A DNA stretch of 62,189 bases, counting the filler. It is 3 parts of 3 records of this genome, joined end to end, with 100 filler letters (N's around TTAATTAATTAA, not from the genome) between each part and the next. Parts side by side here need not be neighbours in the genome. Positions count along the whole stretch, not along the records: positions 29,320 to 54,941 come from SRR22947725_2304; 2 more parts are not named here. The stretch is one strand, 5' to 3'. Shown one piece after another: positions 41,301 to 49,012 of this stretch (within the stretch, counting starts at the first letter, position 1; every line of letters begins with the position of its first letter). The notes under the pieces were generated by a model. It searched no databases, had not been told where the DNA came from, and saw only the letters and a program-made list of their open reading frames with translations. The translations under genes and the position numbers were made by a program.

Positions 41301-41505
41301 CGCTTACCAAACCTATGACAAATCAAGAATCGTGGTGATTGCACTCAACCCATCTGATACAGTTCAGGCAGTCGACCTTAACCTTCCGGAGGGTATGGAT
41401 TTCAAAAGGGCCTTTCAAACAGATCGAAAATTGAATTGTGAACCGGTACCTCACTCCAGTCCGCTACCAGCTAAATCGATTCGGACTTACATCTACTCCC
41501 GCTGA
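35326..41505 (+). CDS. Secreted 2059-aa multi-enzyme: GH26 (beta-1,3-xylanase-like) + GH3 + sulfatase (S1_7-like) + GH30
   Basis: Signal peptide. GH26: GQD, RIGYEFDGSWN, DWVGYSW, FIAEATP. GH3: RDLRWGR..ET.GEDP, KHF, IGDY, PFGHGLSYT, FnIII. Sulfatase: PNVLFIAIDDLRP, CGASR, KPHLPF. GH30: Q.IDGFGG, QNE, WMTE. Confidence 0.92.
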   Translation: MKKLITLLALVALWTDLFSDSYSARFSPPSGKILVFAGQDNKSVGGTGKYRDGYVDNIGVPAGITHYVYFAEGWTNKFNRTYAKGKVDGLNEETEWAAGPMNQKAYLDSPVLDRCVMHLSISMEGNSEDKVADGSYDHLIDELVDFVKNHPKHPFLIRIGYEFDGSWNAYDPQNFKAAFRRIVEALQKAKLTNFATVYASSSGAKLQQFIDFDPGTEYYDWVGYSWWGGDRDGQAALDFARKVKKPIFIAEATPRGIFFDKEDHQGIWDSWFTKFFKHIEDNKDVVRAVSYINADWESQDMWTGDGWGQTRLETAPLLKSKWLEKMAESQFINASDKPFGLIGFPAVKPRTLLTGSYKDPTLPVESRVEDLIKRMTIQEKVAQLTGWWDPNEQKLREDGKIYDSAFYAKHCPHGIGQLGPLHNLTVEEDIKQYAAVQEYFRKGTRLGIPAIQHDEAAHGFMRFEANSFPSPIGLSCTWNPGLLEKIYDQAAHEARSRGVSHILSPIVDVARDLRWGRVDETLGEDPFLVGRLGEAMVCGLQGSSNGEIDSDHVAATLKHFVGYAGTEGGRNRSPYPYGPRYLLDHEIAPFRHVIHSARPASVMAAFNEVDGLPCHINPWILTDVLRNRIGFKGLVIGDYQGIDLVRQYQRIGNSNADAARMALNAGLQLELPNNFGFQHLPQLVQQGKINLSKVDEAVRAVLSLKFRLGLFEAPFNLNREKALSHSRSKKALELSREAARQSIVLLRNDQGLLPLKKSDRHTIAVIGPNAKVCRLGNYSGRPLKTVSIFEGIQNLVGDQAKVLFAEGCKVAHNDTGDSYSNWRYVNEVEYATVEDNRQLISEAAQVAAEADIVILAIGESVLLNREAWGGNHVGDRSTLDLTEAQKALARAVLKTGKPVIAFLNHSKPVTLGDLSDQFSAILAAHYAGQETGTAAAEIIFGVTNPSGKLTLSWPRSVSQIPCHYSQHRSALVFDYLDAPKGAEYPFGHGLSYTSFEYEKVSLSASSIRPGQSIQVQFDLTNSGKRKGTEIVQLYVAGESYEIARPSIELKAFSRVSLDPGETRRVSLDLNADDLHFHDSTLKRVLPAGKYLVSVGGSSAKRSQDIPLTTIAERVSSGPVRVVQSEGPLYAEKPKPSASTPNVLFIAIDDLRPELGSYGSKVKTPHMDRLASSGTLFRRAYCQQAVCGASRLSIMGGLYPTLTEEQTFHVDGWRKRHPDLKTLNQHFTEQGFNTIGLGKIYHGNNGPGVDPQNWTQWVTVKGAPHYAKKENIDILNKALAEIQPGHNHNPPKGPLTESADVHDDTYTDGKTTAKTVELLKDLGKNKGQPFFLAVGLTKPHLPFVAPKKYWDLYQRNDFSMPSNKAIPPGYPIYAANTRAAEMQRYSDYEGASPKDFQEETNRRLLHGYAAATSYADACVGRILDALDKNGHAENTVVVLWGDHGWKLGDHSSWCKHTNFECDTRVPLIVRDPRLKGGQKTNRLVELIDLYPTLCELTGISIPQHCQGRSFKNLLSDPESGHRLDAYSSYPALKNIGHSIHLKNYRYTEWRNQENKTVAKVLTDLQADPGEVTNCIDDPNYADDLAYAQERLDLRINQSCKPNPPSEPQPAKKQVIQIDPSPENLRQSIDGFGGSIAFWGIRADDEALKCVFSELKTTILRAQGEVSKKGIIDHNREILQRAMKLNPDLEVLLTFWQPRSSTLLKTEDWLDEIKTEEGKDEQYFLKPEMEDKWAEEIVNRVQQYLDWGINVTNLGVQNETNYSHIGTQTCIWDPIRLRNFIENILKPKLDKAGLNVLITAPDLAFVGYKGSELERFLPTIRSKEVDLVAYHMYDSFQEGSDGSLEILRENSRQIGRIRKENFPRKKFWMTETTGAQWNNDVWHTYGWFKQATEFDKAILAAQYMHMTFAQAEANAFLWWGLVYSLAPDSVTEPNTREKHRDEGLVLVEEKGGAGGFQKFIEKTKKFYFFKQYANFIWKGSKRIEIKSPTPLEVSAYQTYDKSRIVVIALNPSDTVQAVDLNLPEGMDFKRAFQTDRKLNCEPVPHSSPLPAKSIRTYIYSR

Positions 41506-41539
41506 AAAGAAGGAGTTGAATTAAAACGGATTATTCAGA

Positions 41540-43024
41540 TTACTTTTTAGGAATCTCGTTAAGAGTATAGTAAGCAACTTCATGAAGAAGTGGTTGTTCA
41601 GTATCTTTCCTGCGAATGCCAGGCATTTTTAATTCGTGCACATGCCCCTTTACCATTCCATCAACTTGTAAATGAACGCACTTACCATTCTTTCTGGGAA
41701 TCGCTTGTGTAATCACTGGAACCGTTCCATCAACCTCTGGACTCCCATATCCCTTTTGATAGATGTATGTGTAGGTCTCCATGGTGTAGGAAGAAATATC
41801 GGCCAATGTTTTAATGTCGGCTTCCTGCGTAAAGGTTAGTTCAAAGCCATCAGGCTTCACCCGCATCTCGTGAACCTCGAATGGAAGCTTCCCTGTCCAG
41901 TTTACCCGTTGAAAAGAGAAAGGGCTTTTTCCTCTTGAACCCCATCCACGATTGGTACCACCGGTGAACATACTGCCATCCTTGGCGAACCTCGCCACGA
42001 TATTACCGGATCCAAAACCTTCGAGAAACGGAAAGACCGCTCCCTGATAAAAACCATTCACCTTTTCAAGAAAAACACGGTGCACTTTCGAGTGAGTCTG
42101 CTCGGATACAAAAAGTTGGTTTTTAAAAGGGCCAAATTTGCCGCCTGTCTCATCGCACTCAATTCCAGCCGGCGAATTACCGACTTTGCCATGAGGAAGA
42201 ACTACAGGCGGAGGAACAAGATCGGGCACCCTCTTACGTTCTACTTCAATTCGACTCCCAGTCTCTGGTTCCGGAGGCATGGAGCCAAGAGCGTCAGTCA
42301 GGGCAAAATATTTATTTCCCACTGGATTTCCTTGAAACCCACCGGGTCGAAGGTGTTTCAAGGAACTTGAACCATTCCATAAACCTTGATTATCACAATA
42401 AAAAACATCCCCCAAATGATTAAATCCAATCCCGCCTGGAGAACGAATTCCATAACCTGTTGGAATAGTCTCCCCTTCAGGAGTTACTCGCATGCACCAT
42501 CCTCTAAAAGGACTCTGATCATCTGCCTTCCCCGATCCAGTCAAACAAAGCACGACCCAAATATCCCCGTTTTTATCATGCCGAGTACCAAATGCGTATT
42601 CATGGTAATTCCCATTGATACCCCATCCATCGCCAACCGTCTCAAATACATCAGCTCGGCCATCACCATTGCTGTCCTTGATACGAGAAACCTCGGGCCT
42701 TTGGGTCACATAGAGCCAACCGTCCTTCCAGGCAATCCCAAGAACTTCATGAAGTCCGCGTGCAAACAAAGTCCATTTTGGCTTGGGTTCTTCTCCAAAG
42801 ACATCTTCGCCAACAAAGATATCACCACGTCTAGACGCAATAGCCACCTTATTACCAGGTAGAATATCAATCCCACTCACTTCGATCACTTCTCCTTCAG
42901 GAAGAGGAATGGTGGTGATTGGATAATAGTCGGACTCAACCGGTAATGTGCCGGAAGGGTCATCCGCGTGCATTATCGCAGTTACACAGACAAAAGAAAG
43001 AAACGAGAAGGTTAAATTTTTCAT
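41540..43024 (-). CDS. Secreted beta-propeller protein (PVC glucose/sorbosone-dehydrogenase-like family)
   Basis: Signal peptide; FARGLHEVLG, DSNGDGRAD, YHEYAFG, G.RSPGG, DNQG.W, FGPF..QLFV. Confidence 0.7.
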   Translation of the reverse strand: MKNLTFSFLSFVCVTAIMHADDPSGTLPVESDYYPITTIPLPEGEVIEVSGIDILPGNKVAIASRRGDIFVGEDVFGEEPKPKWTLFARGLHEVLGIAWKDGWLYVTQRPEVSRIKDSNGDGRADVFETVGDGWGINGNYHEYAFGTRHDKNGDIWVVLCLTGSGKADDQSPFRGWCMRVTPEGETIPTGYGIRSPGGIGFNHLGDVFYCDNQGLWNGSSSLKHLRPGGFQGNPVGNKYFALTDALGSMPPEPETGSRIEVERKRVPDLVPPPVVLPHGKVGNSPAGIECDETGGKFGPFKNQLFVSEQTHSKVHRVFLEKVNGFYQGAVFPFLEGFGSGNIVARFAKDGSMFTGGTNRGWGSRGKSPFSFQRVNWTGKLPFEVHEMRVKPDGFELTFTQEADIKTLADISSYTMETYTYIYQKGYGSPEVDGTVPVITQAIPRKNGKCVHLQVDGMVKGHVHELKMPGIRRKDTEQPLLHEVAYYTLNEIPKK

Positions 43025-43059
43025 AATCTAAATTTTATTTAATATTTGATTAGGCTCAA

Positions 43060-44652
43060 TTATTCAGCCCAGGAATAAGTAATTTCAAGCTGGGCCGTTT
43101 TACCATTGAATACGATAGGAACACGCAATTCATCCTCATGAGTAAATACATCACCACCTTTCACTCGGACAACTAATTCTTCATTTTGGAAGGAATCGTC
43201 CTTTTTTTCAAAATTACCCTCAGCAATACGAAAATATAGATTCGTCGGACCTTCCTTTGCGGAAAATCTGATCAAACGCTTAATTTTACCGGGAATTTCC
43301 TCGGATGTATCTGCTATTGGAATGGCATTATCCGTAATCGAAACCTTATTACGACTGTATTTGAAAGTGGGTCTTTGCATCTTGTCCAATACATATCCAC
43401 CGAAAGCCAACTCTTTCGTTCGATATTCGGATTCTGGCCAAGGGGAATCACTCGAGTCCAATTCGGCTATGGCTAGACCCTCGGGAAATCGGGTAACATC
43501 ATTACCCGCTGGCGGTTGAAATCCCTGACCGCGGGCAATCCAATGCCGTGCTCCATCGATGAAGTCACCATGCCAAATCATTGCCAACCTCATATTATTA
43601 GCATCAAAAGCCAAATTTAAGCCCTCATGATAACCCACTCCAATTGCACGCGGACCAGCACCATCAATAAAATTTCGATAAATAATGGCTTCCCCTTTTG
43701 GTGCTTCAAGCAACATACCTTCGACCAATTGACCGCGTTTCGGTAAACTTTTCGAAAGTGCTTTATTATTAAAGCCCGGTCCCGACCATTTGACGGTAAG
43801 ATTTTCTCCGCCCCCTCGTTCAAAATATCTCACCTCAATATTATGCTTTCCCTTATTAAGTTTTATCGAACCTTTCGCGGTTTCAATTCCATGAATCCCA
43901 TCATTATCTACCACGACCTTATCGTTGATTAATAGAATGGATCCATCATCTGAGGAAAGAGTAAAGGTATACTTTCCATCGTTAATACAATTAATTTTTC
44001 CCTGAAAAACAAAGCCGAAATTATTTTTGATTTCACTGCGAGTTATATCGAATAATCCATTGGCAAGAGTTCCTGTTTTTTTCGGTTTCAATTCAGAAAA
44101 ATCTGGCAACTTGCTCCATTCACCATGATATATCTTGTAACTTAAATTAGTAATTGGATTGGCTTTTTGGGAAACACCCATCGCACCATTCATCAATTGA
44201 TAGTGTCCGGGAAATGTACAGATGTATGGATAATCCCCCTCTGCCCTAGGCGTTTTAAAGTAAAAGGTTATCTCTTTCCCAGGTTGCACCATTCCAGAAC
44301 TGGCAAGTATGCGAGGATGTCCCTTTGGTTCCCAATCCATTTTTACTCCTTGATCTCCAAGTTTAAGAACAGCATCGATTACTTCCTGACCTTTATCTCC
44401 ACCCTTCTTTTTTCCTGGCGTGCAAAATATTAGATTATGGGGAAGGGAATCTGGGTTTTTGAAGACTACTTTTATCTTTGCGTTTGGCTTGACACTAAAG
44501 CTCTGGACATCATATTTCATCTGCGCTTCCATTGTGCTTATCACTATCTGCTGATCGATTTTCTCAAAACCCTTCGGAGGTTTAGCATTACTAAATTGAA
44601 CGCTGGATGTAATAAGAACTAATAAGAAAGTGTAGAGATCTAATGACTTCAT
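43060..44652 (-). CDS. Secreted azurin/auracyanin-type cupredoxin + PA14 domain + C-terminal beta domain protein
   Basis: Type-1 Cu ligands PHN...CTFPGHYQLM; PA14 F.LSSDDGS.L.I....VVDNDG.H; start trimmed to ATG 44652. Confidence 0.85.
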   Translation of the reverse strand: MKSLDLYTFLLVLITSSVQFSNAKPPKGFEKIDQQIVISTMEAQMKYDVQSFSVKPNAKIKVVFKNPDSLPHNLIFCTPGKKKGGDKGQEVIDAVLKLGDQGVKMDWEPKGHPRILASSGMVQPGKEITFYFKTPRAEGDYPYICTFPGHYQLMNGAMGVSQKANPITNLSYKIYHGEWSKLPDFSELKPKKTGTLANGLFDITRSEIKNNFGFVFQGKINCINDGKYTFTLSSDDGSILLINDKVVVDNDGIHGIETAKGSIKLNKGKHNIEVRYFERGGGENLTVKWSGPGFNNKALSKSLPKRGQLVEGMLLEAPKGEAIIYRNFIDGAGPRAIGVGYHEGLNLAFDANNMRLAMIWHGDFIDGARHWIARGQGFQPPAGNDVTRFPEGLAIAELDSSDSPWPESEYRTKELAFGGYVLDKMQRPTFKYSRNKVSITDNAIPIADTSEEIPGKIKRLIRFSAKEGPTNLYFRIAEGNFEKKDDSFQNEELVVRVKGGDVFTHEDELRVPIVFNGKTAQLEITYSWAE

Positions 44653-44721
44653 AGAGGTTTTGAGGGTAAGAAAATCGTAGGAGGTTATTTCACTATTTAC
44701 CGTCAGCAAAATAGATGTCTA

Positions 44722-44786
44722 ACAATACACAAAATTCGAATAAAACAATACCGCATTTTGCGTATTTTTTCTTTCGATTTGCGACA
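44722..44786 (-). promoter_or_regulatory. Putative activator operator plus -10 box of the cupredoxin/PA14 operon
   Basis: Minus strand TGTCGCAAAT-N11-ATACGCAAAATGCGG (44786-44751), then 23 nt, then TATTGT (44727-44722). Confidence 0.7.
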
Positions 44787-44907
44787 TCCTTGATCTACCC
44801 TACTCCAACTCGAGTTTTTAAAAATTGGTGAGTACCACAAATTTAAAATAAGCAAAAATCCATAAAAAAAGGTCGATCAAATATTTAATACAGTTTCTTA
44901 TTTATGA

Positions 44908-46203
44908 ATGAGGACAATTATCATTCCTTCACTTTGCATACTTTACATAACGATGGGACTGTCTGCATTTGGTACCAACCCAAAAACTAAAAATCATAGT
45001 TTCGAAAATTGGAATGATTTCAAATCTCAATCCCAACAGTCCAAATATATTTCACAAATTCTCCAATCACACTCAAATAAAAATCTAGAAGATAAAAAAT
45101 TACGAGCGGTTTATTTTTACCCCGCCGATCGAAAACCTATCAAAAATCATCGCAAAAGGTGGAATAACATACTGACAGATATTCAAGACTTCTTTCGAAC
45201 TGAAATGACTCGCTTAGGATATAAGCAAGTTACGATCTCCCTTGAAAGAGAGAACGGAATTCTAAAACTACACGAAGTTCAAGGGATACATAACGATAAC
45301 AATTACACTTATAAATCCGGAAGCCAAATTAAGGCAGAAGTATATAAAGCTCTGCAAGCAAAGGGAATTAATCCTGAAGAAGAAACCCTTCTTATTGTTT
45401 GCGGTCTCTCTAAAACCGATGGTAAGAAAGTTACTATTTATTCCCCGTACTACGGCATGGGGGCGAATCATAATAAGGGAATCTGTTTCACCGCTGACAT
45501 GGAATGGCTCTCCATTGAAGGGCTGAAACCTGACCCAAAAAAAATAATCCTGCAGGTCAAGGAACACCGAGGTTTCGAACCGTTTACCCTAAACCGGTTT
45601 AATACAGTGTATATCGGAGGCACTATTCATGAACTCGGACACGGCCTATCGCTACCCCACAATCTGGCCACCAAGAATGAATCTATCCGAGGAACAGCAC
45701 TGATGGGGGCCGGTAATTACACCTATCGCAGGGAATGGAACAGTAAACAAAAAGGGTCTTTCCTGACCCATTCAAGTGCTATTCGTTTGCTTGTGCACCC
45801 TCTATTTAACGGAACATCCAGCCGAGCTAAAAGCTCTCCATCTTTAAAATATAAGGATCTCAGCTTATCTTTTAACAATGGTATAATACAGATAACCGGA
45901 AAGATCGAAACGGGCATCCCCGCTATTGCCATGATCGCCTACAACGATCGGGAAAATAAGGGACAACGCGGATACATGGTAAACAACAACTACGATGCGA
46001 CGAGCTGGACTTCCGTCCTCAACCCGAATAATGAATTCTTTTTAGAAGTGGGCGACCTTCGCGATGGAAACCATCAGATCCGGCTTGTCAGTGTACATAT
46101 TAACGGAGCCATCACTACCAAGCGGATGCATTATTCGATGAAAGACGGTGTTTTTGACTTCTCGAAAGCTAAGCAGGAAATAAAAAACATCTTAGCAAAA
46201 TAA
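44908..46203 (+). CDS. Secreted metzincin-type zinc metallopeptidase
   Basis: HELGHGLSLPH (HExxHxxxxxH) followed by Met-turn ALMG; N-terminal signal. Confidence 0.8.
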   Translation: MRTIIIPSLCILYITMGLSAFGTNPKTKNHSFENWNDFKSQSQQSKYISQILQSHSNKNLEDKKLRAVYFYPADRKPIKNHRKRWNNILTDIQDFFRTEMTRLGYKQVTISLERENGILKLHEVQGIHNDNNYTYKSGSQIKAEVYKALQAKGINPEEETLLIVCGLSKTDGKKVTIYSPYYGMGANHNKGICFTADMEWLSIEGLKPDPKKIILQVKEHRGFEPFTLNRFNTVYIGGTIHELGHGLSLPHNLATKNESIRGTALMGAGNYTYRREWNSKQKGSFLTHSSAIRLLVHPLFNGTSSRAKSSPSLKYKDLSLSFNNGIIQITGKIETGIPAIAMIAYNDRENKGQRGYMVNNNYDATSWTSVLNPNNEFFLEVGDLRDGNHQIRLVSVHINGAITTKRMHYSMKDGVFDFSKAKQEIKNILAK

Positions 46204-46287
46204 ATTTTATTCGTAATAAATTATGTGTTTGTAACATAAACAGATTGATACTCATAATTACAAAAGATCCTTAAATTTTTACTCATC

Positions 46288-47601
46288 ATGAAAAATAACA
46301 CACGCAGAGACTTCATTAAATCCTCAGCTGCAGTTGGCAGCTTTTTTATTCTTCCCTCCGGTTTACGGGCCAAGTCACCCAACAGTAAGATCTGTACCGC
46401 CCATATCGGGACAGGCGGAAAGGGCCGCATTGATACCATGTATCTTGCCAAGCACAGCAATGTGGAAGTGGTCGGACTCTGTGATGTCGATTACGCTCAC
46501 GGCAAAATGGACACCTGGTCCAAACAGTTTAAAAGTGCCACCGCATTTCAGGACTATCGCGAAATGCTTGCCAAACTAGACGACAAGATCGATGCGGTTT
46601 CTATTTCTACGCCCGATCATACCCACTACCCGGCCACCATGGATGCAATGGAAAGAGGAAAACATATTTATTTGCAAAAACCTCTAACCCACAAACTTAA
46701 AGAGGCCCGGCAATTGGCTGAATTTGCTGCCAAAAAAGGACTGACCACGCAGATGGGGATCCAGAACCAGTCCAGAGAAGCTTATCGATTAGCCCGTCAT
46801 TACATCCAGGAAGGTCTGATTGGAAAAGTCAGTAAGGTCTATGTCTGGTCATTCAAAACGTGGGGATATGATGGGGAACCCTTTAAGGAAAAGTCTGAAG
46901 TACCTGGTACCCTTGACTGGAATCTATGGTTGGGCACGGCTCCGATGCATGATTATGTAAGAAAGGTTTATCATCCCGGTCAGTGGCGTAAGCTTCTCGA
47001 TTTTGGATGCGGTACACTTGGTGATATGGGCATCCATATTTTTGACACTCCCTTCAAGGCATTGGATCTCAAGGATCCAAAATGGGTGGAGGCCGATTGC
47101 CGCAAACCAAATGGCTTTGGGCATGCGGAAAAGAACATGGTTCGTTACGGCTTTAACCCAACCAAATACACCACCGATAATTTCACCTTTACTTGGTGGG
47201 ACGGAGCCGATGCCCCCAGACACAAAAACAACCCAGACTTAATGTTGCCAAACGGGGATGAGCTACCCAAGCAGGGTGCCGTGTTTGTTGGGGAAAACGG
47301 ACGCATGGTGCTCCCTCACTGCTCGATGCCCAATTTCTATCCTGATAGTGTAGTAAAAAATCTTCCTAAAACTGACATTGTCGGTGTCGACCACTACACT
47401 CAATTCCTCGATGCCATTGAGGGAAAAGATAAGACTTTAGCTGGCTTTGACTATTCCGGGCCCTTGGCTGAATCCTTATGTCTTGGGGTGGTCGCCTGTC
47501 AGTTCCCTGGTAAGCGGCTCAACTGGAATGCCAAAAAAATGAAGGTGACCAACCTTCCCGAAGCTAACCCACATTTGAAGGGAAGATATCGCAAGTTCTA
47601 A
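46288..47601 (+). CDS. Tat-exported Gfo/Idh/MocA oxidoreductase
   Basis: TRRDFIK Tat motif; IGTGGKG; STPDHTH; QKPL; LGDMGIH. Confidence 0.93.
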   Translation: MKNNTRRDFIKSSAAVGSFFILPSGLRAKSPNSKICTAHIGTGGKGRIDTMYLAKHSNVEVVGLCDVDYAHGKMDTWSKQFKSATAFQDYREMLAKLDDKIDAVSISTPDHTHYPATMDAMERGKHIYLQKPLTHKLKEARQLAEFAAKKGLTTQMGIQNQSREAYRLARHYIQEGLIGKVSKVYVWSFKTWGYDGEPFKEKSEVPGTLDWNLWLGTAPMHDYVRKVYHPGQWRKLLDFGCGTLGDMGIHIFDTPFKALDLKDPKWVEADCRKPNGFGHAEKNMVRYGFNPTKYTTDNFTFTWWDGADAPRHKNNPDLMLPNGDELPKQGAVFVGENGRMVLPHCSMPNFYPDSVVKNLPKTDIVGVDHYTQFLDAIEGKDKTLAGFDYSGPLAESLCLGVVACQFPGKRLNWNAKKMKVTNLPEANPHLKGRYRKF

Positions 47602-47640
47602 TTCCTTTATTCCGCTACTAGGTTTTAGAAAATTCAAATT

Positions 47641-48984
47641 ATGAGAATTCCCATTTATTCTTATGGGCTGTTATGTGCTGCCCTTCTTTTCATTTCAATA
47701 GGACATAAACTAACATCTGCGGAGAAGCCCAATGTCGTGCTCATCTATATCGACGACTTAGGGTACGGAGACATCGGATGCTATGACTGCGAAGACATAC
47801 CCACCCCACACATCGACCGCTTGGCTAAAGAAGGAGTACGCTTCACCGCGTCTTATATTACCAACCCTCCCTGCTGCCCAAGCAGGTGTGCCTTGATGAT
47901 GGGCCAGTATGGACAAAGGTTTGGCAAGTATGGAATGTCCCGCGGTCTGCCCATCCCCGAAGACCGCCCCACCCTTGCAAAATTTATGGGCAAGAATGCT
48001 TATGTCACCGGACAGATCGGCAAGTGGGACATTGGCTCGAAAGTGCAAGGCCCCCTCCAAGTCGGCTTCGACGAGGTCGCCCAGAAACCACCCAAGAAAA
48101 AAGGATCCAAATATTTTTGCACCAATAAAGAAGGAAAGACCCAGTGGCTGACCGATTATGACGGGGACAATATCGTCACCTTCATCGAGCGCCACAAGGC
48201 CGAGCCTTTCTTTCTCTACTGGTCCCCCGAAGCCGTCCATTCCAAAAACGACGAGGCTCCTCCAAGCCTGACCAAACGCACAACTGCCAAAGGCAAGCGG
48301 AGCAAATTGGCCGGAGCCATCGTCTCGGTTGACGACCAGGTGGGCAAGCTTACCAAAGCTTTGAGCAAACATGGCCTACGCAAAAACACCTTCATTATTT
48401 TTTCCAGTGACAATGGTGCCAACATTGGCGAGGAAGGATCCTCCGCCCCCTACCGTGGAGGCAAAGGCAGCGGAACCCAGCAGGAAGGCTGGGTGCGCGT
48501 ACCAACCATTTTTTCCATGCCCGGCGTAGTTCCGAAAGGAAAGAACTACCACAAGCAAATCGCCAACTTCGACTTCTATTCCACCATTGCCTCGGTAGCC
48601 GGCTTGCCCATTCCAAAGCATTGCGACGGAGTGAATTTAATCCCCTTTATAACAGAAAAGAATAAGGAAGAGCCCCACGAGTATCTTTTTTGGCTAAACA
48701 ACGAACCCGGAGATGCCGAAAGAAGACATATGATTGCAGTACGTTGGAAGAAATGGAGGCTCTACAAAAAGTACGACAAAGATCCGTGGCAATTGTTTGA
48801 TCTCGAGGTCGACCCCAAGGAAGAAAAGAACATCGCTAAGAACCACACTGATATTGTCGAACGCCTTTCAGCCAAACACGCGGCGTGGAGAAAGACCCTT
48901 GCTCCTTTGGGTAAGATTCCAAAACTCGCAAAGTCCGACGATCGCATCGGAACGGGGCACGGTTGGTCTTACGCCAAGCGATAA
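47641..48984 (+). CDS. Cys-type sulfatase
   Basis: PNVVLIYIDDLGYGD, CCPSR, GKWD, SDNG. Confidence 0.92.
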   Translation: MRIPIYSYGLLCAALLFISIGHKLTSAEKPNVVLIYIDDLGYGDIGCYDCEDIPTPHIDRLAKEGVRFTASYITNPPCCPSRCALMMGQYGQRFGKYGMSRGLPIPEDRPTLAKFMGKNAYVTGQIGKWDIGSKVQGPLQVGFDEVAQKPPKKKGSKYFCTNKEGKTQWLTDYDGDNIVTFIERHKAEPFFLYWSPEAVHSKNDEAPPSLTKRTTAKGKRSKLAGAIVSVDDQVGKLTKALSKHGLRKNTFIIFSSDNGANIGEEGSSAPYRGGKGSGTQQEGWVRVPTIFSMPGVVPKGKNYHKQIANFDFYSTIASVAGLPIPKHCDGVNLIPFITEKNKEEPHEYLFWLNNEPGDAERRHMIAVRWKKWRLYKKYDKDPWQLFDLEVDPKEEKNIAKNHTDIVERLSAKHAAWRKTLAPLGKIPKLAKSDDRIGTGHGWSYAKR

Positions 48985-49012
48985 ATGAGCGAGTCGACTT
49001 ACAGGAGTTGGG

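Noticed and set aside
46221-46239. Imperfect palindrome TTATGT-N7-ACATAA upstream of the Tat oxidoreductase
   Set aside because: Short, AT-rich and seen only once; cannot be told apart from chance.
47758-48372. 204-aa antisense ORF, and similar ones at 50965-51501 and 53665-54189
   Set aside because: Shadows of sulfatase genes in GC-richer sequence; no recognisable motifs.
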